NCBI GenBank assembly: GCA_000934665.2
Contig: KZ538163.1
Span: forward strand, 1 to 64,000
Reading direction: 5' to 3'
From: Catajapyx aquilonaris
Lineage: Eukaryota
DNA: 64,000 bases
The first letter of the stretch is position 1. Every line of letters starts with the position of its first letter. Positions 1 to 12,655 of this stretch are shown here, in pieces. A program made the translations under genes and the position numbers. The notes below the pieces were generated by a model. It was not told the DNA's origin and searched no databases. It worked only from the letters and a program-made list of their open reading frames with translations.

Positions 1-326
1 AGGCAGGACAGCAATGTCTCCTGCAAGCAGCAAAGTAGGGAAGGAAAGAAGGTAAATAAATCTTCCGGCCGGGGTAGGCGTGTATCTTCTTGTGGAGCTG
101 AAGATGATGCACCATCAGCAAAGAAGAGGGGCACATCAGACTTCATTCCTCCAATCCCAGTGGCTGGGCACTACAAAGCTGAGGTCGAAAAGGGTCGCTG
201 CATAGTATGCACACACAAGTTCACGTCCAGGATGTGTTCCATATGTGAAGTCCGGCCGGAGTCCGGCTGTGTAGGACCTGTTTTGAAGAAAAAACAAATC
301 ATGATAATTGGCAACCCAGATATTAA
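1..326 (+). pseudogene. piggyBac transposase C-terminus (basic NLS-like region + cysteine-rich domain), frameshifted
   Basis: Frame 1 reads ...SAKKRGTSDFIPPIPVAGHYKAEVEKGRCIVCTHKFTSRMCSICEVR. After an 11-bp insertion, frame 3 continues VRLCRTCFEE to a TAA at 324-326. Together they give GH-x-RCxxC-x-CxxC-x-LC-x-CF, the piggyBac CRD pattern. Confidence 0.7.
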
Positions 327-1626
327 CACTGTAAACATTTCATATAGGATTTTTAAATGTTTATCTTTTGGGTCACCAGTGAATACACCATTCCAAGGCG
401 GGCTGCCCTCCTCAATGGTTTACGCTATTACTTGATATTGTGTGTATGCTTACTCTGTATGATTGTGAATTACGCATACTGTATATTCATGTTATGGTGG
501 TCCGAGCTCCAGTTCCAACCAGCCGCTAGACAAACTGGATCTGGTGAGACAACCAGGAGCAGGGCCGCTGCCAACCCTAACCAAGCTATGTGCCCACCGA
601 GGGCATCGGTAAAGAGATACAAAAATGCCGTCTATCTCATCATCATACCATCCATTAAGTCCTCTGCGTGTACCTAACCAGTCACCAGAGGATTCAGTAT
701 TGGTTTATGACATTGTCCGTTACGTGACCCTGGTCATCGCTGGCTACCCTATTAGGCCTACAGGATTATGCCGTGAGGTTATGAATTAATGTTCTTGGGT
801 GACATTCATCGTTTGCACACTTTCTTCGCACTGAAGTAGGCTAGTTAGAGTTGAGTGTGCAGCTACACAATCCTGTGATCCTGAGTCTTGTTCCTGTGAC
901 AACTCACAAGTTGGCAACATGGCCAGACACGCAAAAAAACGCAGTTTTTTCTGCCTCGATACAAAGGCGAAATGAGCAGCTGCACCTACCTCAGCCTCCT
1001 CAGGCTACCTCAGGTGAGGTGTAGCATGCTTGTAGCACCTCCCCCACACTCACCTAGTCGCCTAATTGTTCCCGTAACAGCAGAAATCCGGGCAATCCTG
1101 GGCCAGCCGGAGAAGAGCCGCCATCTTTCTTCTAGGCTGTACGAAGTGGAGTGGGTGGAGTCGGCACTTATCGTTCTTCGCTCTCATTGGCTGGATGGGA
1201 TTTAACTTTCCCTTTTAATGCCATTTAAAGTGGCTCGTTTTCGCGAGTGCGCGTTTACACGTTGGGAGAAAATAATTTATTTATAAAATAATAACCACAT
1301 CTGTAGGTGAAACTCTTGCGGAAGCCCTAGGGAACAGTATAAGCTATACGTACAAAAAAAAAGAGGGCTCTGGTGGGCGTGTTTGGTGGGCAAAAGATTT
1401 TTGGCGCGTGCTCTGTTTAGGTCAAAGATGTGTTGATCTACGGACTCTACTGTTTTGACTGACATGCTTGTGCAGTCAGGTCTTGACTATATGCACACAT
1501 ATAGAGCCCTTGCCATTGCCAATCTCTCTCCATAGATGGCATGCCCTTGCGGGCCTCCTGAGAGACAGAAAAAAATATTATGTGGACCCCTAGAAAAAGC
1601 GCCAAACAATAGCGGATAGAAAAGGG
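1..1626 (+). mobile_element. 3' portion and right end of a degenerate piggyBac-superfamily DNA transposon (left end outside window)
   Basis: Ends ...GCGCCAAACAATAGCGGATAGAAAAGGG followed by TTAA at 1627-1630 (reverse strand TTAA|CCCTTTT...), the canonical piggyBac terminus and target. A transposase C-terminal Cys-rich motif lies ~1.3 kb upstream on the same strand. Confidence 0.7.
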
Positions 1627-2199
1627 TTAATTAATGCAGATGCATGAATCCGTTATGTTGCGGGGCGGACTTTGTTAAACTTTGCACAGCTTTTTGGGGG
1701 ACACATTTTGGGAACGAAGGAAGAGTTGTGGTGCCGGAATGAGTGGCATCAGTTTTACAGTTCCAAGGATGAATTTACATAATGAAGACATTGCCTGAGG
1801 GAAACCTGACACCGAACCTTGTTTGGGAAGATGGACCCGGAGACAAATCATTAGCTAGAAAAATGTTTTACACGTCATTTTGTTCTGGCTGTGATCCCCC
1901 CTCCCCCGCATGTTCCATAAGCGTATTGCGTTTTTTCCGCTATCTTGTTTTAATCCCTGATGAACAGGCAGCGATAAGCCTGAATCGATCATCGCCCGCT
2001 CCAAATTCCTTGCGGGATCAGTGTAGTTACACCACCGAAAGATTACACATAGTCGAGCGGCACAACAGACCGGATTTTCAGCCTCCCCGGATTTCTAGAG
2101 AGTTCCTGGTGCCATCTGTGCTTCCCAGAAGGAACCGTTTTGGCCCACCCTGCACCCCAACAATGAAAATCCGGATTGGAACCCACCCAACAGATGCTG

Positions 2200-2520
2200 C
2201 AACAACAATTTTCGAATTACTTTTTTTGTGTATATAGAGTGCCCCTGGATTCTATCCGGAACTCGACCTTTCACATTTTAATGTGCGGAAGCAACTTTCT
2301 GCAGTCAGATACCATCCAGCGTATCAATTGGGGCCTGCTTCCTCAGGATTGGTGGCGAATAGTTCATGTACAGGGTGCCTGCTTCTTCTTCCTCAATTCT
2401 CAGGTTGCAGATCAGAAAAAAAGGCTTGGGTGAAGGAAAAGGCGGAGCTTGATTTGCATATACGTGACCGGCAAGTCCGAATTTTCTTCAAGGAAAAAGC
2501 CCCTTCCCCGCTTCGGTATA
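2200..2520 (+). mobile_element. decayed non-LTR retrotransposon APE-endonuclease fragment
   Basis: The ORF track gives FCVYRVP...HILMCGSNF...INW, then (frameshift) AELDLHIRD, in the order of the APE motifs YRPP / GDFN / DW / LDL. Matched by eye and heavily diverged. Confidence 0.4.
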
Positions 2521-2991
2521 TTTTTCTGGGCTTAAATCCAATTAAGGGATGCTTGGGTGACCGTGAGCAGCACTGCGGAAGGGAAAAGGAGATTTGGTTA
2601 CAGTCAAGAAAAGTCCCTCCAAAAAAAGGGTGACATGGAGGAAAGAGGATGGGTGTGGTGAAAATAAAGTGTAAGAAGGTTTGATTTTATCCGGGTTCTT
2701 CTCAATTGTAGCCGAAAATTTTGCCGAGACGGAGGATCAATAGGGCCCGGGTCTGGCTCCCACCAGATTCGGCACAAGTTTCTAGACCATTGCACACACC
2801 AGAATAGGAAGCATTATAAACCCGCCAGCTGTATGAATGCAGTCTAGGCCCACCCACCCAATATTATATGCATTTTAATGCGGTTATTTTTCTGTGCAGG
2901 CTTACATTAGCAGAAAACTAACGCTTGCAAATGTGAACCTTCAATTTGAATATTGTTTTGAAAAGAAGAGGTCGAATCGATGGCATTAATA

Positions 2992-3583
2992 ATGGATACC
3001 CCGTGATAAGCCTTCTTGGGCTTTTTAGGGGATCATCTTTTTAATTAACCGACTTTAATCATTGCCTATGCTGTGATGGATTTTGATTGTGGGAGGAAAC
3101 GTGAGAACCCCGAGAAAACCCACGCGAACACGGAGAGAACCCATCGAAACTCTATCCACGTAACCGAAGCAGTGGTAGCGGAGGGGATATGGTATCCGAC
3201 TGCTAATCGGGAGGTCCTGGGTTCGAACCCCGGGGGCCGCCGACCCTGACCGTGGTTTTCTGAGGTTTCTCATGGTCTCACCAGGAAAATTCCGGGGTCG
3301 TGTCCGTAATTACAGGCCACAGCCGCTTCCTTCCGTTCCTATCCCATCCCCATATAAGAGAAGTAAAAACGAAAGTAAGAGTTCCAGATTTTTTTTAAAA
3401 AAATGGTGGTATCCCACCCCCCTAAGAGGGCCCATGGCTCTAGCACGGGGTACAAATTATTATTATATATTATATTATTATTAACTCTATCCACGTAAGC
3501 ATACTCTGTCCGATCCGGGGATCGAACTCGGGACCTTAGAGGTGGAAGACTGCGGCGCTAACCACTCCGTCACCGTGTAGCCC
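2992..3583 (-). mobile_element. tRNA-derived SINE with V-SINE-like central domain (interrupted by a second SINE)
   Basis: Minus strand starts GGGCTACACGGTGACGGAGTGGTTAGCG (A box) ... GAGTTCGATCCCCGG (B box). The centre GTTCTCTCCGTGTTCGCGTGGGTTTTCTCGGGGTTCTCACGTTTCCTCCCAC resembles the V domain. Flanked by an 18-bp TSD GAATCGATG(G/A)CATTAATA at 2974-2991 and 3584-3601. Confidence 0.85.
3164..3482 (+). mobile_element. tRNA-derived SINE nested inside the minus-strand SINE
   Basis: A box TAGCGGAGGGG at 3176-3186, B box GGTTCGAACCC at 3220-3230, (TTA/TA)-rich tail. Perfect 16-bp TSD AACTCTATCCACGTAA at 3148-3163 and 3483-3498. Confidence 0.9.
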
Positions 3584-3899
3584 GAATCGATGACATTAAT
3601 ATTTATGCAAGTGACGAGTTCATTGCTCGATTTTTTGGGTTTTTTAAAAAGCAATTCTTGGAGGTAAAAAAAGTACTTGTAACTTAACTCCTCTGCTAAT
3701 AAGTGGCGGTTTTAGTGGTGGCTGATGAATATGTAAGGTCGGTCACCCTCCTTCCGGAATGTGCTCCCAGGCACAAAAGTGTTTTCCCCCCGCAGACTCC
3801 CTCAAAAGTTTTGCATACTGGCTCATCTTTCCCCATGCTGATGCTGCTGCTTTTGTTCAGGGCTACCAACCCCCCAACCGTATAAACCCTCAGCAGTAA

Positions 3900-4790
3900 C
3901 CACCACCCTAGCCATCCCCCCGCTGGAGATAAACCGATCCCATTAATGGATAGGGGTTGCGACTCGGGATACAACTGATTTGTGGATTCACGCAGTTCCC
4001 ATATTTCAGGTACTATCGCCCTTCCGCTAAACAGTTGCAATGAAGGCTATATTCTCCCCCCATCTCCACTCTCAACAATCCCCACAGCGAGAATTGTTTT
4101 TTCCCCCTCCCCCCCNACTTTTTGGAACCTGGTTTTTAGACCAACACACATTGAGCCTCTCAGCTCTTCTTTTTTAATCTGCCAATTCTCTGTACCTCTG
4201 CTGGTTGAATGTTATCGGTAGGGGCAACCCCTCTCCCACTCCCCATCTCCCAGCGCCATAGAATAGGTGTTGGCATAGGGAGTAGAATTTGTGGGGCTGG
4301 GCTATTAATTTGATTGAAGTAAACAGTGGAAGGTTTTTTTGTGGGCTTGGGGTAGGTGATTAATTCGCGTCCTGTCGGGGGTGCGGTGAGAACTATAGGG
4401 ACTGGCGATTGGGTTTTTATCTGCAGAAATTGACTGACTCTAAAAAAAATTTTTTTTTGGAGACAACCAAGGCAAGTAGGCCATTTTTTGATGGCCAACA
4501 CCCCACAGTGTTTTCTATCTCCTCTTCCCTCCCTCCCCTCCCCTTGTGTGATCCTCCTCTGCGGAATTGGTACTTGCCCAAGAACATTGAGAGGGAAGGT
4601 TGCCAGATCGCTCAGTGAAAACCGTTCGGCCATGTCTCTTCATTATCCTTACCCTGCGGATGCGGATGAAAAAAATGAGGCTGGAATCCTCAAGATGCTC
4701 TTTTCCGCAGCGTCCTCCAGTCAAAAAAGAGAAAAGAGGAGTAAGGTACACGCAGGCGTATAAGTCAAATATTTGGACTGGTCTTGGGGG
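3900..4790 (-). mobile_element. highly decayed non-LTR retrotransposon remnant (RT thumb to RNase H-like region)
   Basis: Across frameshifts, the minus-strand translation gives, in the expected order, SKYLTYT, RIRRVRIMKRH, PTCLG, IQPAEVQRI and ISCIPSR (compare KYLG, RLNILK, LRxCLG, AELxAI, WIPSH). Each match is individually weak. Confidence 0.3.
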
Positions 4791-4920
4791 GGCTAAGGCG
4801 AATGGAGGTATATAGATTTTGCGTTTTCAGCTCAGTCCTCCCATCGACTTGAGCAGAATGAAAAAGAATGTAAAGTGTTGAGTGTCATGGACAGGAGAAG
4901 AAATGGTTCGATATCTGGAA

Positions 4921-4986
4921 TATTTTGCAATATTGGGATGTAGCGATATTTTGCAATATTGGGATATAGCGATATTTTGCAATATT
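4921..4986. repeat. 26-bp tandem repeat (~2.5 copies) inside an ATATT/AATAT/CGATAT-rich tract extending to ~5165
   Basis: TATTTTGCAATATTGGGAT(G/A)TAGCGA at 4921-4946 and 4947-4972, with a partial third copy to 4986. Confidence 0.85.
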
Positions 4987-6519
4987 TCAATCTATCTGAT
5001 TTTTGCAATATTTTACTATGTCGGTATATGCAATATTTTGATATATCGATTATTTGTTAATGAGCACAATCGATATATTGCATTGGCAAATCGCGATTTT
5101 AGAAAGTAGGGGTTGAATATTAGAAAAAAAATTATCGAATGCAATATTTTGCTTTTTCAATATTGACATGCATTGTGCGATAGTTGGGGTCACTTTAACA
5201 GACTGAAGTTGAATTGTTGTTTTTTCATCATGAACAAATCTAATCTATTTCTGTAAGCCCTGCGGTAATGCCTGCACCAAACTCTGGGCACACAAAAGGG
5301 GATGCGGTGGAATTAAGTTCGCTACACAAGTTTTTGGAAAAGGAGAAGAGGGGGGGGGGGTAGTCATTGAAGAGTTTTTCTTTTGCCCAACTTTTGCTCC
5401 TGGTTGTAAGAAAATGTGCCCTCTTTTTTTTACTGTGCTGCGCTTGTTATCCTTCCCTCAAGCCATAAATATCGAAATGCATTTCCGCTTGACCTGCATC
5501 GGGTTAAACTGATCGTGATGGAAGCAGATCAGCGCAGGTAATAAGATATTGGTGAGGGGGGAGTCCTTTATCGATTAGTTTCAATTACCTCCCTCGGAAC
5601 GTCGTCCGAGCATATAAGAGCAACTCTTATCAGGGCCAACTATCGTCTCCATTAATCAAGGCCTGCTTTCCTCAATTTCACTGATACGGATCATTTCATC
5701 AATTCGAGGGTGATGAATCGTCTCGGCCCACTTAATTAAGGAGCAAATATATAAAAGAAGCGGTCAAAGAGTGCGCCGTTACCGTCAGTGTAGAGCTACC
5801 TTATAATAGACTGTGTTTTATTAGCACAAATTAAGGGTAAAATACAAAAAAATATCTATGAATAGTTGGAGAGCCTGAGTTGACTGGAATCGATGGGATG
5901 CGCCTCGTGTTCAGCGGTTTTGCCAAACACTTTGGGTAATATTAATGCAGCTTCGGGGTCCCGACTGATGTCAGTCTGGTCGCAATAACAGTTGCATAAC
6001 GCCGAGGCTAGAGCAAAATTCGTTACCCGTCAGGAGCATCTGTCGGTGCAACATGGGAGGAAAGGGTGCCTCTGTGGTCAGGCCTTTCTGCGATCCATTG
6101 GCGCATCGTTTGTGGAGATACCTCACTGACGCTACCTTTTTTTTTGTGTGTGTGTGCATGCCGGCGATTGGATTGCTACAGTTTTAATGGAGTTGTCAAA
6201 AATTACAGCCCCAACAGCCCTCAAAAACGTCTGGCATGCATGGGGGCGTTCCAGGCCAACATTTCTGGAAAATGTGTTACGTACAAACCTGTGTGTTACT
6301 CCACCGTAACAGGTTTACACGAGGTTGCAAAATGTACAGTCGCAGTTCGGTTTTTGCACACAACTTTATTGGCACAAACTTAGTTGGACCGACTTGAATT
6401 TACGACCCGTTGTACTACTACTCAGAGTAGAGTACGGCGATATCCTCTCTCGAAAATCGGTGTGGCGACCTGGGTCAGAATTTTTTTCTTCTTTTCTTCT
6501 TCCTTTCTCCCCCCCCCCA

Positions 6520-6830
6520 TCTTTTGCGTTGCGTGGAAAGAAAGCGCCGTCTTTTCCGCGTAGGATTAGGCCTACTGCGCCCCTGATATATTGCAACAAG
6601 GCCGGCTCCTATAGACCGGAGAGATTTTCTCTTCACAACTTCATTGCGATAACATCCTCTCTATTTCTTTTCATGCCCTTTTCCCTTCCCCTACAAACTG
6701 GAAAGAGGCCAAAAGTCTCCCACCCACCTCCCAACCCTCTTTCCTATCCTCCCAGATCTTACTTGCACTGGATATGAGACTGTTGGAGCTGCTGGGGAAA
6801 CGCTGCCAACTCCACCAAGTTTTTCGGAGA
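6520..6830 (+). mobile_element. decayed non-LTR RT fragment (subdomains 0-1)
   Basis: LRGKKAPS ... PTNWKEAKSLP (TGG at 6699-6701) ... NPLSYPPRSYL, matching KAPG / PxxWKxAxxxP / YRPISLL in order across frameshifts. Confidence 0.55.
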
Positions 6831-9800
6831 GGGGGAGGGAGGTTGGGTTAGCTAGAAAACACTGCAGTAAGTGATTTCCTTCTTTCAATTCAAGCGCCTT
6901 GGCTGTGTTGTCAGCTGGACCTTCCCGAGGTATTCTTCTTGCTCAGTCAAGTCGACCAACAATAGGGGGCAAAAGTTGTTCCCTCATCGCCGCTTTTGTC
7001 GTACAAGCTGGCAGAAAGCTTCCGTTTCTTTTTATTTTTCTTTTCTCTTTACAAATTTTTATTATATACGTGTCTGTGGGTGTCTTCATTTAACGCAATT
7101 TTTTGAGCCTCGCTTACATGCCCGGTGGGGTGCGCTGGCAAAATGTCAAGTGCATTCTACAGGCCTTTCCATCCCCCTCGCATTATCAATGCATAGTACG
7201 CTAACAGTAACCTACAATGTATTGATCCGCGGTGAATGGTGTGAATTTCCGATGGAATCGAGAATTAGAATAAACTATCGCCGCACAGAGAGGGTTGCAT
7301 TGGAAAGAGTTGATTGGGGGTGGGACCTTGCCATGTTTGCTGTGCTGCCGGGGCTTTTTCCATGGAGTATAGTCGACCCAAAATTGACGGAAAAGGAGCT
7401 AAATAATGTAGTGATCGTTTGGCGGAGCACGCTTTTGGAATACCAGCTTTATATTAATTACCAACCGCATTAACCCATTTCTGCCTACTTAGGAGGCAAT
7501 GAACCTCACGCGTGTGTTTACCACACTGCAGTATATAGTGATCCTTTGCCACACGGAAGCAATAAAAGTCGTTGTGAAACAAGGCAAATAATAATCCGAA
7601 TCTTTTACATGCATACAGTATTTCGGGTATCGGAAAACGAGCTGGCTGCAGTCCAGTCTAGGAGTGAGATTTCCCCTTGCAAAACATTAGTTGAAATCAG
7701 CCGGACTCTATCAGCTTGGAAAAGGCCAGGCCCCGGCTTTAATTAGCTTCATAATCGCCGTGGCTCTGAGCGAAAACCCCACTCCCCCTTGGCCGTGTTT
7801 GTTCGCAGGCCGCGTCCCGGATTTTCTTATCGCCTTGCACTTGACCACGGAAGTACAGCGGACGACGGAAAGGACTTTCTCCATCCAGCAGTTAAGGACT
7901 TTAGTGCGGAAACCTAAGTGGGGGGGGGGGGGATCTGGCCAACTGTTACATGATTCGACAGTCTGTAATGCAGGAAAACATAATTACAGAAAGGTTAAAT
8001 ACATAAATCATAAATATGTCTAGTAAATTCGTATGGTTTTGTTCAGACGAGCATAGAGTGAGTCTAATGATATCAATTACTAAAGGCTGGAACTTGAGTT
8101 TCTGCTGAAAATCAAGAAGTGAATCGGATTCAATTTTGACACTTTTCCTCTGCCATAACGGCTGGCGGAATATCAAAACACTCAAGTTACATAATCCGAG
8201 CTTGGTTTCCGATTCAACTGGAGGTTAATTCGTTTACTGCGCAGTGCGCAGTCCTGTTAATGCTATTGTTCATATGTTTTTTATCTCCTTAAAATTCCAG
8301 TCTCAAGAGTCACGGAGCTCTTCACGTAGCGAGAAACCGAATCAGTGCTAGAAATCCCAACTTTAAATAAATAACTGTTGTAAGGGCAAAACAAGGATAT
8401 CTTTTTACGCGAGGTCGTTTCCTCCAGTAATTTGAAAGATAATTGCAAGGGTTTTACTACCGGAATAAGCGTGAATAATTCAGGAGGCGAGACGTCCCGT
8501 CGCTCCATAACCTTCTCTGGATTGTCTTAGTGCAACGGGGTTTTCTCTTTCTCTTATTTTTTTGTTTTGTTTGATGTGAAAAGCGAAAGCTAATACTATA
8601 TGGGCTTTTTTTACTTGTCCAGATCGATATCGAGCGATTCTCCAAGGCATCCTCCGTGGAACCAAAACTTCCTCTCAATGCTGCTTGCTGCTGCTTTTCC
8701 ACAAAAAAAATCCTCAAGTTTCTGCAGTCATTGTGCTTCTTTTTCTGTCTTTCTTCTCTGGTTTTTTTGCTGCCTCGGAATTCTTACCGGACTTTGCTAA
8801 CTCTCAGGAGAAAATTTTTGTGTACAAAAACAGACTTTTAAAAAAATCCTAGAGGCAGCCACTTTTTATTAGACGCTTACAATAAAGCAATGGGTTTAAT
8901 ACCTTGTAAGGTGTACATTACCACACTTTAAATCAAATGTCACATCCCAATATGAATGTTTGCCCTACACTTTTTAAAAGAAATTTGCCTATAATTTTTA
9001 TGTTCAAACAAAGTTAAGTCAAATCCTATAAAAGAGGTGAAACGCTAAACGTCAGATTGCATAAAAAAGAGTGAGGTACCCCACCGCTTTTCCTCTCGGA
9101 CAGCATACGTCCTGTACAATTTGACTCTGCACCACAATCCTCTTACCTCATTGTGTTTTCTCTGCGTGATCTCTCTCTTTCCTCCCCCCCCCTCCCTGTC
9201 TCCCCTACTCCCTCCCCTCCGTTCATTCTCGTGGGCTTAGTTTCGAATGTTGGCCAAATTGTGCCAAGTCAAACTTGGCAGAATTCAGTGAAAACATGGG
9301 GGGAAGCCTTGGTCGAGATATTCCTCTTGGGCCGCCCAACTGCTGGGAAAAGGGGGGGGGATAGGAGGGGGGAGGTGGGGCTGGTGGCGAGTGGAAATTG
9401 CAAATCCGCTACACCAACAGCTCTGGCAGCAGCCATTCCGGCACAGGCTGCCTGGAAACTGGCCTGAAGAAATCCCGGGTGCGGATGGCCTCAATTGCTC
9501 TCGCTTCACTTGTCGCAGCAAGATTTTCTCTTGACCTGTTCATTCTCCAGGGATGGTCGTACCAGCCGAATCACACTTTTTTTTCGGCCCACTTTCCTGC
9601 TACAATACTGACTTTTCTGAAATCTAAGCTACGAGTACAATCAATTGTTCGTTTACATGCCCGCAATCTGCATCGACTACTGCAAGTAATAATATTCTTG
9701 CCTCATTATGTTGTTCCTAAGCATCTCTCTATGTTTACTTGTCAGACCTTGATTGCTTCAATTGTTACAGATGTTGCCACCTTTGATAGCCTCGATTGTT

Positions 9801-11560
9801 CCCTTTTCTTCGGCCAGAATATTTTACAAGAAAAATGTTAAAAAGTATTCCAGACTGTGCCTCTACCTGCCATATTGCTAAATACTGTATTACAACAATA
9901 CGCGTCATTCAGGTACACTCTATACAGTAAAAGCCTGATTTGAGATACTAATCGCCTACCAGTAATATTCACACAAAAAACGGAATAGTTTAGTAGATAG
10001 TAACTATATTCCTAAATACTTCAGAGCAAAATGGGTATACGCACAGATTAATTCGCGCAAAATACCTGGTAATGAGACCGAATCTTTTGCAGACTACGTC
10101 TTGGCATTTCATTGCAGGAGAACGCAAGAAACCCTAGTTTAGCTTCTTTGATCACTGTTTGTGTTCCTAAGCCTTATTAGAAATATCGAAAATCCGGAAG
10201 AGAGGTAGTAGGAACGAAGGATTTCGTTCCAATTACCGAGCAGAGTGGAAGCTGAGTTTAATCCAGCAGAAACGAAGTGGGAAAAAAGAAGGCAAGATAA
10301 AGGGAGAGAAAACGAGAGAAAAGAATGAGAAAGAAGAGAAAGTGAAAAAATAACAGAGAGTCTGGGTCACCCCGTGCACTTAGTGGGCTTTTGCTGGAAA
10401 ATCGCGTTTTCCAACTACTGTCCTCGCATCCAGCGGCCTAATCAGCAGGGCTATATTGCGCATTTGAATACTCGGAAAAGCACAGGGCGAGTATTACGCG
10501 ATTCAAATCCTTTGCATAAGGGAAAGCGGTTTACAGTATTTGAGGCCTGATTAAACCATGTAAATAAGCCTATTAGAGGGCGAGACCGATTGCAATGCAG
10601 AACGCGTCTAGACTTGGCAGAATGATCGAACTGGAGTCTATACATGGTCCCAGGACTGCCTATTAAGAGAGAATGAATGTCATGTTCTTGATAATGAAGG
10701 AGGCGCTACAAAGTTTCACGTAGCTTGTACGGTTCTCGTCAGTTTCAAACCTGTCTATTATGTTACTATTATTCGCGGGTTGTGGATATAAGCGTAATAA
10801 ACCTCAATAGCCAATTATGATCATGCGTTTGATAAAGTTCATAAAAAAATTGCGCTGCCACATACAATGAAACATTATATTACATAATGGTGTTATGTAT
10901 AGGCTGCAGCGCTGTACGCTGGATTTCCGGATATTGTATGCTGCAGGTCACTGGCCTTGCGTAATCAGTGACATATCGACTTATTAACACATAAGATAGT
11001 ACCATCACATGCAAATTGCCATTACGTAACTGATGCATATACTGTAGTATTTGGTAAAATTGACAGAAATGTTCAATCGTGAGCAATTGAGCATACACTT
11101 ACATTAATACAGTCCATGTCAAGCTCCGTGTAATGGACTTATGCTTTGGGTTACTGCACTGTAATTAAGGTATAAATTCGTGGGAAACCCTCACCAATTG
11201 GAGTGAGTTCTCCAGGTGTTGTAATAAACCTGACTCGACTATGACATTGCGGAATGTTTTGCGCACCGCCAGAATTTCCTTCCCGACACATCTTAGCTGC
11301 AGACGACTCGTTCTGATGATTGCACGCTATAATTAGCCAAGCCCCTCAACCCAAGGAACCTGCCTTACATTCCGAGCTCTCCTTGTGCGGAGTACTTCCA
11401 GCTTCCGCCGGTAGGCTCTAATGGTTCGCCTGCTGTTCCTTGCGTTTCTGTAACGCACAAAAGCTAGGCCTGCTTCTGCTGCCTGGTGTAGAGCTATAAT
11501 CTGCACTGCGAACCGCGATGAAGTAACTGTCGGAATTAGTCGGTTTGGTAGGCATCCTAG

Positions 11561-11890
11561 TTGGTTGGTATTCGGCTAACTAGGAAGCAGCTCATTCTCG
11601 AGTCCCCCCTCCCCCCCTCCCCAACCCACCCCAACCCTTCCAACCCCTATCGATCTGGTCGGGTTTGTAGCAAACTTCCAGCCATGTTGAGCAAGCCCGC
11701 AGCTGTTGGGGGGGGGGGGAGGCTGGCTGCTGATCCCCGTATCCCTCAACTCGTTCACCTCAAGTTTCTCATTCTTGGCGCTGCCGACGCCGCCACCGAC
11801 GCTTCTGCTGCTGCCTTCTATCTATCCGTATCCAAGGCAGAAGCAAGCAAGCAAGCACCCTGTCGCGTTGCGCTAATATTTCCTTATTAG
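11561..11890 (+). mobile_element. decayed non-LTR RT fragment (subdomains 1-2)
   Basis: The ORF reads GIRLTRKQLILESP...NPSNPYRSGRVCSKLPAMLSK, resembling GxxPxxWKxAxxxP...PxNYRPIxxxSxxxK. Confidence 0.35.
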
Positions 11891-12574
11891 TCCAAAACCA
11901 TGCGAGCACTTTGCACGCTCCGGAATTCCTCTTGGAAACTGGCTTGCGAATGAAATTACTCCTCCATTTCAATCGGGAGGCGGATAAGGAGTACGCCAAG
12001 ACTAATTGTAATTAGGTTGAAAGATGCCGTGTCTCCGTGAAAGAAATAAGAAATCTGCTATACGGAGAATGAATGAAGACTGAAGTTTACTGCACTGTTT
12101 CCGGATTTCTGTTGCATTTTGCAGTTGTCTTCCGGCCTTTTGTTCCAGTTTATTCCGCTGCGATGGAAAATCATATTTTGTGTTAATTGATGCTACGAAC
12201 CAGATGGAAAGGTTTCGAATTCGAAAGGCAGTGGGTTGTTGACTTGTAATAATGAAAGATTTGTAATAATGACCCCTGCATGTCGTTGCCGTCTGGCCAG
12301 CAATTTCAAACAGAAAATTTGAATCAATATTTTAAAATGACGGCTAATTACGATTAACAAAAAGTTCAACCTCATTACGATATTATTACCGTAACATTGA
12401 CTGATAATTCGTACATATAATTGCACTCCTGGACGCCTCCGATGGCCTGTAACCACAAGATGCAAGCCTATAATTTCCAACAATGCCATTCCCAACACGT
12501 TGTTGACATTAGCAACAAAATGGAACGCTTTCCTGTTCCAATTAATTACACCAGATCAAGATTAACACCTCTCT

Positions 12575-12580
12575 TTTATT
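12575..12580 (-). terminator. polyadenylation signal AATAAA of the H1/PL-like gene
   Basis: TTTATT on + at 12575-12580, about 75 nt past the stop codon. No histone 3' stem-loop was recognised. Confidence 0.6.
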
Positions 12581-12655
12581 TCCGGGCTGCAGAACAGAGA
12601 CACTCTCAATGAAAATCTACCGGAGGTCTCTTGGTTTCCTGACTGCCATCTGGTC

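Noticed and set aside
3164..3245. tRNA gene (GCT anticodon-like loop, A and B boxes)
   Set aside because: No proper acceptor stem, and it continues into a SINE body with tail and TSD; it is a SINE head.
4921..4986. CRISPR-like repeat
   Set aside because: Units are directly adjacent with no spacers, there are no cas genes, and the context is eukaryotic.
6871..7473. 200-aa ORF
   Set aside because: Non-ATG start, no domain, no splice support, and composition typical of non-coding DNA.
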